DNA of 63,956 bases, filler included, from Octopus bimaculoides (lineage: Eukaryota): the NCBI RefSeq assembly GCF_001194135.2. It is 6 parts of 4 records of this genome, joined end to end, with 100 filler letters (N's around TTAATTAATTAA, not from the genome) between each part and the next. Parts side by side here need not be neighbours in the genome. Positions count along the whole stretch, not along the records: positions 48,616 to 61,336 come from NC_068985.1; positions 61,437 to 63,956 come from NC_068984.1; 4 more parts are not named here. One strand, 5' to 3'. The stretch's first letter is position 1; the number at the start of each line of letters is the position of its first letter. Of the stretch, positions 49,296-63,097 are shown piece after piece. The notes under the pieces are model-generated. The model was not told where the DNA came from and did not search any database. It saw nothing but the letters and a program-made list of their open reading frames with translations. The position numbers and the translations under genes were made by a program.

Positions 49296-49545
49296 TGCAA
49301 GGAATTTCACATTACAGACTTTCTACCAATCCACTCTTTTTATGATAGTGTTTCAATCTATTCACTGAATACAAATCATCAAATAAAAAACTTCACCATA
49401 GTTTTTTTAGATGTTTTTTTAACAATAAACAAAAGGATTTAACAAAGACTTTACAATGTTGTATTTAAACAATGAAACAACAACAACCAACTGTTTAGCA
49501 TCTCTCTCTCTCTCTCTCTCTCCCTCTCTCTCTATCTCTCTCTCA

Positions 49546-49598
<53 letters not shown>

Positions 49599-50144
49599 TT
49601 ATATTGCATTTGTATGCAATAGTGGAAGGTGGGGGTTATTAATATTTTGTATTCATTTTGTTCCTTTGTAAAGGTGATATGGCTGTAGATGTTTCAAAAA
49701 AAGGTTAATAAGATCATTGATTTATATAATTTGTATTTTTTATATTAGTTTATATTCAGATTTCCTAGGGTTTATCTATTATTATTTTTATTTTTGCGGG
49801 GTATGCCTGGATTCTGAATGACAAGTAGGTTTAAATGTAACAGATAAGGCAATATATTCAATGGGCGTTGGTAGGAATCTTGCTAGAGAGTTATTGTATG
49901 TATGATGAATCAACCAACCAACAAACCGGGGAAAGCCTTGAGAATATCATGAAAACTATACATCCTGTTCACTCTTCTTCTCCTCTTCTTTTCCTGGGCC
50001 AATTTCAACGACGCATTAATCATTGGGCAATTCAAACAGGTTGAACCAGAATCAGTAACAATGGAACAGCAGGTTCAATCTAATTCAATGACTTTGATTT
50101 TTAATCTAAAGTAATTTTTTGCCTTGAGAATGCAATATGAAATA

Positions 50145-50610
50145 TTGGTTTCAAATTTTGGCACAAGGCCAGCAATTTTGGGGGCGAGGGGTAAGTCGAT
50201 CACATTGACCTCCAGTGTTTAACTGGTACTTATTTTATTGACCCCAAAAGGGGATGAAAGGAAAAGTTGACTGCAGTGGAACTTGAGCTCAGAGTATAAA
50301 AATGGATGAAATGTTGCTAAACATTCTGCTTGGCATCGCTAGCAAAACTGGGGAGGAGACATCCATTCCAGGTGGCACTTTTAAAGGGGTGTCACTTTTG
50401 GGTCTGCTGTAGGCAATATATGTTTTTTTTTTGTGGGGGGGGGCACACACTCTAGCTATGCTGGTGTTTGGCATGCTAACAACTCTGACCAGCTTCCTGC
50501 CCTTCTTTGCTTTTAATGTTGGTTTAAAATTTTGTCAAACAGCCAGAGATTCCAGGAACGCGGCTAAGTCAATTACATTGGCCCTAATACTCAACTGGTA
50601 TTTATTTTCT
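50145..50610 (-). mobile_element. SINE family C interrupted by a CACTAG-ended MITE (50337-50466)
   Basis: The SINE C tail, centre and head are present. The insert is flanked by cttggcat and tttggcat. Confidence 0.75.
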
Positions 50611-51634
50611 CATTCCTAAGGCATTTTTTGATATTATTATTATTATCATGGCTCAGTGGTTAGAGCGTCGAGCTTNNNNNNNNNNNNNNNNNNNNNNNNN
50701 NNNNNNNNNNNNNNNNNNNNNNNNNNNNNNNNNNNNNNNNNNNNNNNNNNNNNNNNNNNNNNNNNNNNNNNNNNNNNNNNNNNNNNNNNNNNNNNNNNNN
50801 NNNNNNNNNNNNNNNNNNNNNNNNNNNNNNNNNNNNNNNNNNNNNNNNNNNNNNNNNNNNNNNNNNNNNNNNNNNNNNNNNNNNNNNNNNNNNNNNNNNN
50901 NNNNNNNNNNNNNNNNNNNNNNNNNNNNNNNNNNNNNNNNNNNNNNNNNNNNNNNNNNNNNNNNNNNNNNNNNNNNNNNNNNNNNNNNNNNNNNNNNNNN
51001 NNNNNNNNNNNNNNNNNNNNNNNNNNNNNNNNNNNNNNNNNNNNNNNNNNNNNNNNNNNNNNNNNNNNNNNNNNNNNNNNNNNNNNNNNNNNNNNNNNNN
51101 NNNNNNNNNNNNNNNNNNNNNNNNNNNNNNNNNNNNNNNNNNNNNNNNNNNNNNNNNNNNNNNNNNNNNNNNNNNNNNNNNNNNNNNNNNNNNNNNNNNN
51201 NNNNNNNNNNNNNNNNNNNNNNNNNNNNNNNNNNNNNNNNNNNNNNNNNNNNNNNNNNNNNNNNNNNNNNNNNNNNNNNNNNNNNNNNNNNNNNNNNNNN
51301 NNNNNNNNNNNNNNNNNNNNNNNNNNNNNNNNNNNNNNNNNNNNNNNNNNNNNNNNNNNNNNNNNNNNNNNNNNNNNNNNNNNNNNNNNNNNNNNNNNNN
51401 NNNNNNNNNNNNNNNNNNNNNNNNNNNNNNNNNNNNNNNNNNNNNNNNNNNNNNNNNNNNNNNNNNNNNNNNNNNNNNNNNNNNNNNNNNNNNNNNNNNN
51501 NNNNNNNNNNNNNNNNNNNNNNNNNNNNNNNNNNNNNNNNNNNNNNNNNNNNNNNNNNNNNNNNNNNNNNNNNNNNNNNNNNNNNNNNNNNNNNNNNNNN
51601 NNNNNNNNNNNNNNNNNNNNNNNNNNNNNNNNNN

Positions 51635-52085
51635 ACCACCACCACCATCACTACCACCACCACCACCACCACCATCACTACTACCACCACCACCACCACC
51701 ATCACTACCACCACCACCACCACCATCACTACTACCACCACCACCACCACCATCACTACTACCACTGCCACCACCACTACCACCACAACCACTACCACCA
51801 TCACTACTACCACCACCACCACTGCCACAATGATCATCATTGTCGTCATTGTCTTTTTGTCATTGTTTTCACCACCACCACACCACCACTACCACCATGA
51901 TGATCGTCATCATCTCCATATTATCATTGTCATCATTGTTGTCATCATTTGTAGTTGTCATCGTCACCACCATTGTCATTGTCATCATGACTACCACCTC
52001 CACCACCAACAACACCAACTCCACAAGAATCACCATACCTCCACCTCCACCACTGCCACCTCCACCACTGCCCCTCCGCCACTGC
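51635..52085. repeat. (CAC/ACC/CAT)n trinucleotide tract between gaps
   Basis: Direct inspection. Confidence 0.9.
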
Positions 52086-52579
52086 CNNNNNNNNNNNNNN
52101 NNNNNNNNNNNNNNNNNNNNNNNNNNNNNNNNNNNNNNNNNNNNNNNNNNNNNNNNNNNNNNNNNNNNNNNNNNNNNNNNNNNNNNNNNNNNNNNNNNNN
52201 NNNNNNNNNNNNNNNNNNNNNNNNNNNNNNNNNNNNNNNNNNNNNNNNNNNNNNNNNNNNNNNNNNNNNNNNNNNNNNNNNNNNNNNNNNNNNNNNNNNN
52301 NNNNNNNNNNNNNNNNNNNNNNNNNNNNNNNNNNNNNNNNNNNNNNNNNNNNNNNNNNNNNNNNNNNNNNNNNNNNNNNNNNNNNNNNNNNNNNNNNNNN
52401 NNNNNNNNNNNNNNNNNNNNNNNNNNNNNNNNNNNNNNNNNNNNNNNNNNNNNNNNNNNNNNNNNNNNNNNNNNNNNNNNNNNNNNNNNNNNNNNNNNNN
52501 NNNNNNNNNNNNNNNNNNNNNNNNNNNNNNNNNNNNNNNNNNNNNNNNNNNNNNNNNNNNNNNNNNNNNNNNNNNNNNT

Positions 52580-52611
<32 letters not shown>

Positions 52612-52653
52612 TTCACACACACACACATACATACATATATATATACATATGTG

Positions 52654-52698
<45 letters not shown>

Positions 52699-52864
52699 GT
52701 GTGTGTATATATACATGTGTGTGTGTATATATACATGTGTGTGTGTATATATACATATGAGTGTGTGTATATATATACATATATATGTATGTGTATATAT
52801 ACGTGTGTGTGTATATATATACATATGTGTGTATATATACATGTGTGTGTGTATATATATATAT

Positions 52865-52903
<39 letters not shown>

Positions 52904-53389
52904 GACACGTGTGTATAGATGTGTATCTGTGTATATATGTCTATTTATGTATGTATATATGTATGTGTCTATGTGTTATAAAGTGGATCCTTGTTCACTT
53001 GTATATTGTCGTTACCACTGTAATATTCTTGTCGCCACTATTATGTTGTGACGCAATTCCATGTCTTATTATCTTTGACTCGTCTATTGTGCTATCACTA
53101 ATCACTCCGCAAGACAATGACTTTGAAATGTCTACCTTGACAGTAACTCAAGCTCATATATATCACATAACTGACACTGACTCCAACTGAGAAACATGTA
53201 CAACGACTCTACTACTACTGACTGACGACTTTATAGTGGCTGCGTCATACCACTTTGCCAAATGGGAAGTGGTGTACCATTTCACTACAACATCTCTCCT
53301 TTTAGTTTTTTTCTCCTTTGGGAAGCAAGTAATTTTATTTTACTTTATTCGCCCCTCCTCCCTTTTTAGTGTTTTTTTTCCAACTTAAT

Positions 53390-54420
53390 GTTTTTTCTTT
53401 TTACATGTGTCGCTTTATCTCCTCCAGAGTTATTGGTAAGTCTTGTACAATGTTCCGTATTATATGTTTAATTTGCCCTTCAGCTCTTAGGGCTGCTATT
53501 ACTGTGTCCTCAAATGATCCGCCATTTCTGGGTATTAACCTGGATAAGCCGTCAGCATGTCCTAACTTTTTTGAAGGTAAATATTCCATTGCACAGTCAT
53601 AGTTTAGTAGTATGGTGCCCCATCGTTGCAACCTGTTTGCTGTGTGTACTAGGATTCCTTTCTTGGATTCATGAATCATTAGCAACGGGTGATGGTCTGT
53701 TTGTAGTCTAAACCATCTACCATGTATATACCTGTGGAACTTTTTTACGCCAAATATAATCACCAATGCCTCTTTTTCAATTTGGCTGATTTTTTTCCTC
53801 CGGCAACAGCGTCCTTAACGTATGAGCTATGGCCTTTTGGCTGCCATCTTCACATTTGTGTAGAAGTATGGCAGGCACCTCCCCTGTACTCACTAGCATC
53901 TGTTACCAGTATCATTTCCAACTTCAGATATAAGCGTGTAAGTGACAAGTCTGGAGTTAAAATGCATTTTAACTCCTCAAATGCCTTCTGGTATTTTTCT
54001 GACCAAAACCATTTAGCTCTGCACACACTCTTAGTTTATTATTATTATTTTCTTTACATAAAATGTTGGTGCTGCCCAGTCTGAATAGTCGACTTTTTCA
54101 ATTATATCTTGACTTTCTAGTCTTTCCAGCTTTTTATTGATATGGTCTAATGCCGCAAACGGCACATTCTGTTTGGGTCTAAAACAGACATTGCCTTTAC
54201 TGCGATCCTCACTTTTGTTTTAGTGCAACGGCCTAATGCTTCCAAAAAAACATTTGGAACCAATTTTAAATTTTTTGTCTCACTTGTTTGACTTCATTTG
54301 AACTTTTGACCATGCCAACTATATTTTCACAGAGAACACTAATGGGGGGTATCCCATATTTTGAATAACTCTATACATTCTGTGCCAAATAGGCTGAGAG
54401 ATTTTTTTTTTCAACACATA
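53390..54420 (-). mobile_element. Ty3/Gypsy pol remnant (RT N-terminus joined to RNase H; RT core missing)
   Basis: LGRCTKTK...PFAALDHI...LE..DIIEKVDYSDWAAP, then DASEY...QIEKEAL.IIFGVKKFHRYIHGRWFRLQTDHHPL...RLQRW...YLP....HADGLSRL. Confidence 0.92.
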
Positions 54421-54678
54421 ATCGATTGTCCTTTTCGTTTCTCCTCGGAAAGTTAAAATGCAAATACATTTACTAATGAAATATAATTTCAATCCTGTAA
54501 TACCATATGCTACTTGACTTGATTTCAATAATTTTGGCTTACCGATTTGCTACCGTGGTTTTTTCATTTATGATAGTGATGTCATTACATGTATCTAATT
54601 GCATTTTGACACTAGTGGTTTCAATTCTCATCTTGACAAATTTTTTGCTCATACAAACTTTTTTCTTTGATGATAAAC

Positions 54679-54882
54679 TCTTTTATTCTTTTATTTGTTT
54701 CAGTCATTTGACTCCGGCCATGCTGGAGCACTGCTTTTAGTCAAGAAAATCGACCCCAGGACTTATTTTTTGTAAGCCTAGTACTTATTCTATCGGTCTC
54801 TATTTGCCGAACCGCTAAGTTACGGGGACGTAAACACACCAGCATCGGTTGTCAAGCGATGTTGGGGGGGACAAACACAGAT

Positions 54883-54915
<33 letters not shown>

Positions 54916-55082
54916 CATATATACGATGGGCTTCTTTCAGTTTCCGTCTACCAAATCCACTCACAAGGCTTTGGTCAGCCTGAGGCTATAGTAGAAGACA
55001 CTTACCCAAGGTGTCATGCAGTAGGACTGAACCTAGAACCATATGGTTGGTAAGCAAGCTACTTACCACACAGCCACTCCTG
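54679..55082 (-). mobile_element. SINE family A, full length
   Basis: Complete from tail to head (ccacacagccactcctg). Confidence 0.93.
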
Positions 55083-55740
55083 TTTGCAGATTTTGTAGCT
55101 TCAAGATTTTGATGATGTAATTGTATATGACATTGCAGGATAGATGTAAAACATTGGATCCGGTCAGTTTTAGCATAAAAACACACAGAACATTTCGGGC
55201 CAAATGCTAAAAGCTTACATCATCTCATGAACACACCTCATGAACATACAATGTCACCAAGAGTGTGCCACTGCCTAGGTTATGATTCACAGTTCCAACC
55301 AATTAAATATATTTTGTAGACAGTTGAGGTGTGTGCTTATACATCCGTCTACAAAATAACTTGTGACATGTACTTCAGTGCTCCAGTTAATATGATCTCA
55401 ATCAATCCTCAAAAACCACTGGCTCAAATTTCCTATTCATCAGGAAATAATTCCAACTTCATTTTAATTTAGTCTCGAGGCCAGGGGGATTGGTCAATGT
55501 AATCAACCTCAGTACTTGGCTGGTCTATATTTTACTAATCCCAAATGGATGAAGGACAAAATTAATCTCAGTAGGAACTGACCCCACACTATGAAGAGTC
55601 AGGACAAATACAGCATGGCATTTTTTTTTTTTTCTGATGTTCTACAGATTCTGTGATTCTATCACTCTTTTGGGAAATAATGGTTTCCAATTTTGGCACA
55701 ATGCCAGCAATTTTGAGAAATGAGTTAAGATGATTATTTC

Positions 55741-55906
55741 CACTAGCTTAGCTAGAGTGTGTGCCGTGTGGAGTGGCCCTTCCGTTTGCTGCGCTCTGGC
55801 CCCACGAAAAGCACATATTGCCTACAGCAGAACCAAAAGTGTTACCCCTTTAAAAGTGCTGCCCAAGGCGAACCACCCCTACCGTCCCCACCTAGCTATG
55901 CTAGTG
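55741..55906. mobile_element. MITE with 15-bp TIRs beginning CACTAG
   Basis: cactagcttagctag ... ctagctatgctagtg, flanked by atttc on both sides; the interior is homologous to 50337-50466 inverted. Confidence 0.8.
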
Positions 55907-56363
55907 ATTTCATCAACCCCACTGTTCAATTGGTCCTTATTTTCTTGATCCTAAAAGGATGACAGGTGAAGCTGACCTCAGGTGGAATTTGAACTCAGAA
56001 CATATAGATGGATGAAATGCTGCTAAGCATTATCCAACACTCCCAGTATGCTAATGGTTATTCCAGTTCATCACCTTCTTTCAGGAAATAATGGTAAACT
56101 GTAAAAAAGACATGAAATAATCTTTTCTTATTTCTTTATTGCCCACAAAGGGCTAAACATAGAGGGGACAAACAAGGACAGACAAAAGGATTAAGTCGAT
56201 TACATCGACCCCGAAAGGATGAAAAGCAAATTTGACATTGGCGGAATTTGAACTCAGAACATAATGGCAGACAAAATACCGCTAAGCATTTCGCCCGGCG
56301 TGCTAATGTTCCTGCCAGCTCGCCGCCGTAATGAAATAATCTTTTCTATTCTATTATAAGCAC

Positions 56364-56632
56364 CGTGACCTGTCTTTTCGTTCGATGTCACTTTGTCCAA
56401 CATCACTTTGTCCACGTCTTTTGGTCTGACGTCTTTTTGTCCGATGATTTTTTTGTTCAACGACTTTTTGTCCAATTTTAAATAAACAAGAAAACAAGGC
56501 AAACATCAAAATCAAATAATCATTGGGAATTTTATTGACAGGATTTGTCATTGGACAAAAAAGTCATCGGACAAAAAGACATGGATGAAAAGACATTTGA
56601 CGAAGTGACATCAGACGAAAAGACATAGCACC
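56364..56632. mobile_element. Foldback MITE with TIRs of 15-bp subrepeats and a probable 9-bp TSD (Mutator/Foldback-like)
   Basis: The left arm has gtcttttcgttcgat/gtcactttgtccaac/gtctttttgtccgat units and the right arm is its reverse complement. Flanks are tataagcac (56355-56363) and tgtaggcac (56633-56641). Confidence 0.78.
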
Positions 56633-56805
56633 TGTAGGCACAAGACCTGAAATTTGTAGGGAGGGGACTAGTCAAGTACATCCGCCCTAGTATTTCACTG
56701 GTACTTCTTTAATCGACCCTGAAGGAAAAAAGCAAAGTTGACCTTGACAGAATTTGAACTCAAATCATAAAGATGGTCAAAATGACCCTAAGCATTTTGT
56801 CCAAG

Positions 56806-56850
<45 letters not shown>

Positions 56851-58365
56851 TAAGGTACTGGAATACCACTTGCTAGAAAGAGGAGTTAACGCTCCAAAAC
56901 CACAAATTTCTCGCTATTCCAGGATTCTATTTATTTGTATATTTTACCTATATAGGTTAAACTTATTCACCACTTTATTATTATTATTGTTATTATTATT
57001 ATTAAACATGGTAATAATACTTTATCAAATTTTACATATATATACATACACACATATATATATGCTCGCGTACATTAAATATACATGCACATGTGTAAAT
57101 ATGTGTGTGTGCAATAACATCATAGAATAGCAATCATTGCCATTTAACAATTCGCAAAAAAAATGTTTCGTTCCCATTCGCTAATTTCTTCCCCCCCCCC
57201 CTCTCCCACTTAATTCCTGACATTAAACCATCGAAATATTTGCTATAGTACCACAAACTGACCTTGTCAATTATCCTATTTTCTCTTACTATTCATTACT
57301 GCTACCACCACCACCATCATCCTCATTTTCCATACTTGCATGGGTTAGATGGAATTTGCTGAGGCAGATGTTTCTGCAGCTGGATGCCCTTCCTGTAACT
57401 AACCCTTACCTCCTTCCGAGCAAGGTGATATCCCCCCACCCATGGCCAGACATGTTTTTCATCCTTTATCTTTTATTTTTCTACTTGTTTCGGTCATTAG
57501 ACTGTGGCCATGCTGGGTATGCATGTATGCATGGGCGACTGCTGGTCTTCCATAAACAACCTTGCATGGACTCGTGCCTCAGAGGGGAACTTTCTAGGTG
57601 CAATCCCATGGTCAGTCATGACCGAACGGGGTTTCAACATATGCATGTATTCATACACATATCTTGCATTTTGTGGAGCTGTTGCTATTAACACAAGCGC
57701 TAGACTATCCAAAGTGCTATGTTCTATGTAAATACACTGTATTCTTCTGACGATAAACCTTTGTGCCCCGAAATATGAAGGTTTCTGCATTGTTAGAAAC
57801 TTTCCTTGTTTCTCATTTCATTCCTTATTCTACTTTCTCCTCTGACTATGGATTGGGGAAATATTTATTGTTACTGGGATGCTTGGCTACATGACTGAGT
57901 ACAATAACACCAATCTTGAGAATCAATGCTCACAAAATCAGAAAGGTCTATGATAATTAGAAAATTATCGTTACAAGCTATTAATGGCATTATGAAAATA
58001 TGTAAAATATTCTTGAAGCTTAGCAGGATTCTTGCTTGTAAACATCAACAAGTATGCAATATATGTGTATGTGTGTGCATGCATACATACATACATGCAT
58101 ACATACATACATACATACATACATACATACATACATACATACATACATACATACATACATACATACATACATACATACATTCATTCATTCATTCATTCAT
58201 TCATTGCCTGCCTGCCTGCCTGCCTGCCGGCCGGCCGTGCCCGACGGAAGGCAAAAATCGACCTCAGCGATTTTTTTTTTTTTTTACTTTCCTCCATCAC
58301 CCATTTTCGCCACCCCATTATCATCCTACTTTTCATCAACCCCACCCCCCTGGATCTTTCCAGAA

Positions 58366-60210
58366 ATTTGCTGTCTGATTCAAATGTATTTAGATATAGT
58401 GTAGTGTGTACTGTTTGCATCTGTCTGTGTGTCTGTCCATCTGTATGTTGTTTCTATGTTTGTGCATTGTGCGTGTGTGCGTATGTGTGCATGTTTCTGT
58501 ATCTATCTATCCATCAGACTGCCTGTTTGCCTGCCTGCCATACATGTCAGTCAATCCATCAATCTTATTTATCAATCCATCAGTTCATTTATGTCTCTAT
58601 CTCTCTATTTACCTCTCTGTCTGTCAATGTCACTATGTATCTATGTATCTCCATCCCTCAATCTAGCTTGATAGACAGATATATAGATGATGGATAGATG
58701 GATGGATGGAGAGAGAATGATAGACTAACAGACATTGTGAACCTCAAGTGGCTTGGGTGAAAAAATGTCCTTTTTGGATGACCTCAAGTTGACTTATCAG
58801 ACCCAGGCTACATCTGCTTTGATAATTGGCAATGACTTGGTCAGCGAATCCCTTGCAGTGGTCAGCAGTCAGCTGCAAGATGAGCCACTATGGATCACAC
58901 TATCCCAAAATGTGTATATGCATGTGAGCAGGGACCACATGGGAATTTGTATTCCTGCTGAATCTCCAAACATGAATTCTACACAACAATGAACGATGAC
59001 TATGGGTACAGCGTTCTTGCTTTCCAATGCTTTTGTTCTCTCTGCGGAGCGTTTGTTAGATTTACAAGCTGGACTTTTGGGCCACAAGCAAAAGCAGAAT
59101 TTTGCCTACTGGAACATTAAGTTCGACCATTGGATGTGGTCAATATTCATGAGGGATGCGATGAAGGCAAACTTATTGATCAGAGCTGGATCAACCCATC
59201 CAGGCTGAATGCTGCCGCGAGGACAAATACAAGTAGCTAACCCATCTCTTGCGAATGAAACTGGGCAGATGGAAACTGTACTGAAGCTCATTGCATGGAT
59301 TACATCTGCAATTCAAAAGATAGTCTTGTCACATATACTCTGTCACGTTTATCCTGTCTAAGTAGTATGTTAAGAGTACATATGTCTATGGAATACTCGA
59401 CCAGTAATATTAATTCAGGATTTTGAATCCCAGCATTTGTGATGCCTAATGTATGTGAGGCTCAGAATTTGTGAGGATTATGCATGTGTGGGTGTCTGTG
59501 TGCATGTACATGCGCGCATGTGTGTGTGTATGCGTGTGAGAGCATCTGCTTGTTTGGATATGCGTTTGGTTCTGAGTCAGAACTAAGTGTTTGAAGCACC
59601 ACCTTTTTCTTTTTTTCTTCTGCATCTTATAAAATTGAAGTAACACAATTTTCAGTTAGGCTCCTATAACAAGAGAATATATATATATATATATATGTCC
59701 ATACATACGCTTATACACACACACACATATATATATATATACGTATATCCAGTCATTCATATATATATGTGTGTGTTTGTGTATGTATGTATGTATATGT
59801 GCATATGTGTATGTATATTACACATGCGCACATATACGTATACATACATGAGACAAATATCTGTCCTACTATTTTTGCAATGCAATAAAATATTTTTTTG
59901 TCTTTTCGTAACCCTGTTAATTGAAAAGCCGTGTAGCACTCTTTTTCAATTTGAAGAAGCTATTTCATCTAAACTTTAAGCTTTTATTTATCATTAAATG
60001 CTCTTGGTTGTTACATTATAATTTCCTATGACTTCAATCTGTTTTAGTTTACTAACTTTGACACATCTGTAAAACTGGTCTGTTTTACTTGCCATTTTTA
60101 TTAATTTTTAGCTCAATTTTTGTTTTACATTTGCTGTCTGATTCAAATGTATTTAGATGTAGTGTAGTGTGTACTGTTTGCATCTGTCTGTCTGTTATTT
60201 GTATGTATGT

Positions 60211-60251
<41 letters not shown>

Positions 60252-60414
60252 ATGTTTCTGTATCTATCTATCCATCTGCCTGCCATACATGTCAATCGAT
60301 CCATCAATCTTATTTATCAGTCTCTCAGTTCATTTATGTCTCTATCTCTCTATTTACCTCTCTGTCTATCAATGTCACTATGTACCTATCTATCTCTGTC
60401 CCTCAGTCTAGCTT

Positions 60415-60420
<6 letters not shown>
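58366..60420 (+). repeat. Local direct duplication of about 300 bp (58366-58675 and 60129-60420)
   Basis: The shared unique anchors atttgctgtctgattcaaatgtatttagat..., gccatacatgtca..., cagttcatttatgtctctatctctctatttacctctctg and tctagcttgatag occur in the same order. Confidence 0.88.
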
Positions 60421-60454
<34 letters not shown>

Positions 60455-61220
60455 TATGGATGGATGGACGGCTGGATGGATGGATGGAGAGAGAGAGAGA
60501 GAGAGACAAACAGACAGACAGATAAGTAAATAGATAGATAGACAGACAGATAAATAAATTGATAAATACATAGACAGACAGACAGATAAATAAATAGATA
60601 GACAGACAGACAGATAAATAAATTGATAAATACATAGACAGACAGATAAATAACTAGATAGACAGACAGATAGATAGACAGGCAGATAAATAAATAGATA
60701 GATAGATAAAGATAGATAGATAGATAGATAGACAAATAAATAGATAGACAGACAGATAGATGGATAAATAAATAGACAGACAGACAGTTAGATATGTGAT
60801 GGGCTAAATACCCAGGTGGAATGTCATTTTTGGAGGCAGATAAGAAGAGAAGAAGAGGTTTGTCTATGAAGATGCATGTATCAAAACGTTTCACTATCTG
60901 GAGGCAGGGCTGTGACGTTGTGCATATTTATTGGTGCAATGTAAGCATGCACATAGTTATAACAAACACGATAGTATGATGACATTGCTTTTGAGGGGGT
61001 GGATGCCTGTGTGAAATCTTTGGTGGGTGATGTAAAATCATATGCATGTCTATGAGGCTGTGAGAACTTGTGTGGGTGAAGAGTAGCATTGAAGAATTCT
61101 TGTAGGCTGGAATGAGCAAGTGGATTAATACTGTGTAAGCAGTATATGTATGTGTACATAAACACATAAACACATACATACATACACACAAGCATACAGA
61201 CATACACACACACATATACA

Positions 61221-61256
<36 letters not shown>

Positions 61257-61711
61257 TGTATATATATACATACATACACACACAGAAACACATACACATA
61301 CATATGTACATACATACATATGTGCATAAATACACANNNNNNNNNNNNNNNNNNNNNNNNNNNNNNNNNNNNNNNNNNNNTTAATTAATTAANNNNNNNN
61401 NNNNNNNNNNNNNNNNNNNNNNNNNNNNNNNNNNNNCATTTTACAGAAACGTAGTCAGCAGCTCACAATCAAGGATCAATCAATATGCACTATTTGTTTT
61501 TTATTTTTGATTTTTATGTTCATCTTTATTCATTTTTTACTTCTTTTATTTTAGCAAATGTAAAATAATTGAGATGAAACATCTGTTTCGACCATGTTTC
61601 ATGATTGTTGCAAACAATATTTTCGAATTTACATTTTGCACCAACAATAGACACAATCAATAAAATAAATTAGAATTTATATACAACCGATCTATAATTG
61701 CCATTAGCTTC

Positions 61712-61759
<48 letters not shown>

Positions 61760-61839
61760 ACTCATAAGCAATTATAGGTTCGCACATATACTCTCACACG
61801 TAATATACACTTTCCCCCTCTCTCTCACACACACACATG

Positions 61840-62002
61840 CAGGCTTGGCTATGTGGTTAAGAAGCTTACTTCGCAAGCACGTGGATTTGGGTTCAGTCCC
61901 ACTGTGCGGCTCCGCAAGCAAATGATCTACTATAGCCTCGAGACATCCAACAGCTCGTGAGTGAAATTGGATGGCGGAAACTGCAGGGAAGCCCGTCGTA
62001 TA
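61840..62002 (+). mobile_element. SINE family A, 5' half, diverged
   Basis: ggcttggctatgtggttaagaag...ggttcagtcccactg. Confidence 0.75.
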
Positions 62003-63021
62003 TGCACGTATTTGCGTGCGTGTCATTGTGTTTATCTACCACCGCTTGCAAACGGTGTTGGATGTCGAGTTCTTTGGAATATCCTTGCCTGGAAATATAG
62101 TTCAAAATTTTTACATATGATTGTGCATGTACGTAGTACGTACGTATGTATGTATGTATGAATGTATGTATGTACGCACGTACGTATGTATGTATGTATG
62201 TATGTATGTCATTCAGTTTATTTCAAGATTTCTTGAAATACCACTAGATACCACTGGCCACACTGAACTGTTTCTCTGAATTCATTTTCATACACACACA
62301 CACACATACACACACACACATACAAGCACACACACACACACACACACACACACNNNNNNNNNNNNNNNNNNNNNNNNNNNNNNNNNNNNNNNNNNNNNNN
62401 NNNNNNNNNNNNNNNNNNNNNNNNNNNNNNNNNNNNNNNNNNNNNNNNNNNNNNNNNNNNNNNNNNNNNNNNNNNNNNNNNNNNNNNNNNNNNNNNNNNN
62501 NNNNNNNNNNNNNNNNNNNNNNNNNNNNNNNNNNNNNNNNNNNNNNNNNNNNNNNNNNNNNNNNNNNNNNNNNNNNNNNNNNNNNNNNNNNNNNNNNNNN
62601 NNNNNNNNNNNNNNNNNNNNNNNNNNNNNNNNNNNNNNNNNNNNNNNNNNNNNNNNNNNNNNNNNNNNNNNNNNNNNNNNNNNNNNNNNNNNNNNNNNNN
62701 NNNNNNNNNNNNNNNNNNNNNNNNNNNNNNNNNNNNNNNNNNNNNNNNNNNNNNNNNNNNNNNNNNNNNNNNNNNNNNNNNNNNNNNNNNNNNNNNNNNN
62801 NNNNNNNNNNNNNNNNNNNNNNNNNNNNNNNNNNNNNNNNNNNNNNNNNNNNNNNNNNNNNNNNNNNNNNNNNNNNNNNNNNNNNNNNNNNNNNNNNNNN
62901 NNNNNNNNNNNNNNNNNNNNNNNNNNNNNNNNNNNNNNNNNNNNNNNNNNNNNNNNNNNNNNNNNNNNNNNNNNNNNNGCGTTCGCGCACACACGACGAA
63001 ATAGTGCCATATATATGTGTA

Positions 63022-63071
<50 letters not shown>

Positions 63072-63097
63072 TGTGTGTGTGTGTGTACGTGTGTGTA

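Larger units (their letters stand above)
55470..56810 (-). mobile_element. Cluster of about four tandem SINE family C copies with two nested MITEs
   Basis: Copies at about 55470-55660, 55678-56090, 56120-56330 and 56337-56810. Confidence 0.78.

Noticed and set aside
50648-52918. 756-aa and neighbouring long ORFs rich in T, H and V
   Set aside because: Mostly N gaps translated as X, plus (CAC/ACC) and (TA/TG) repeats.
60881-61140. Complex-looking minus-strand ORF tail (HSINPLAHSSLQEFF...)
   Set aside because: No recognisable domain, the start lies in a microsatellite and there is no splice support.
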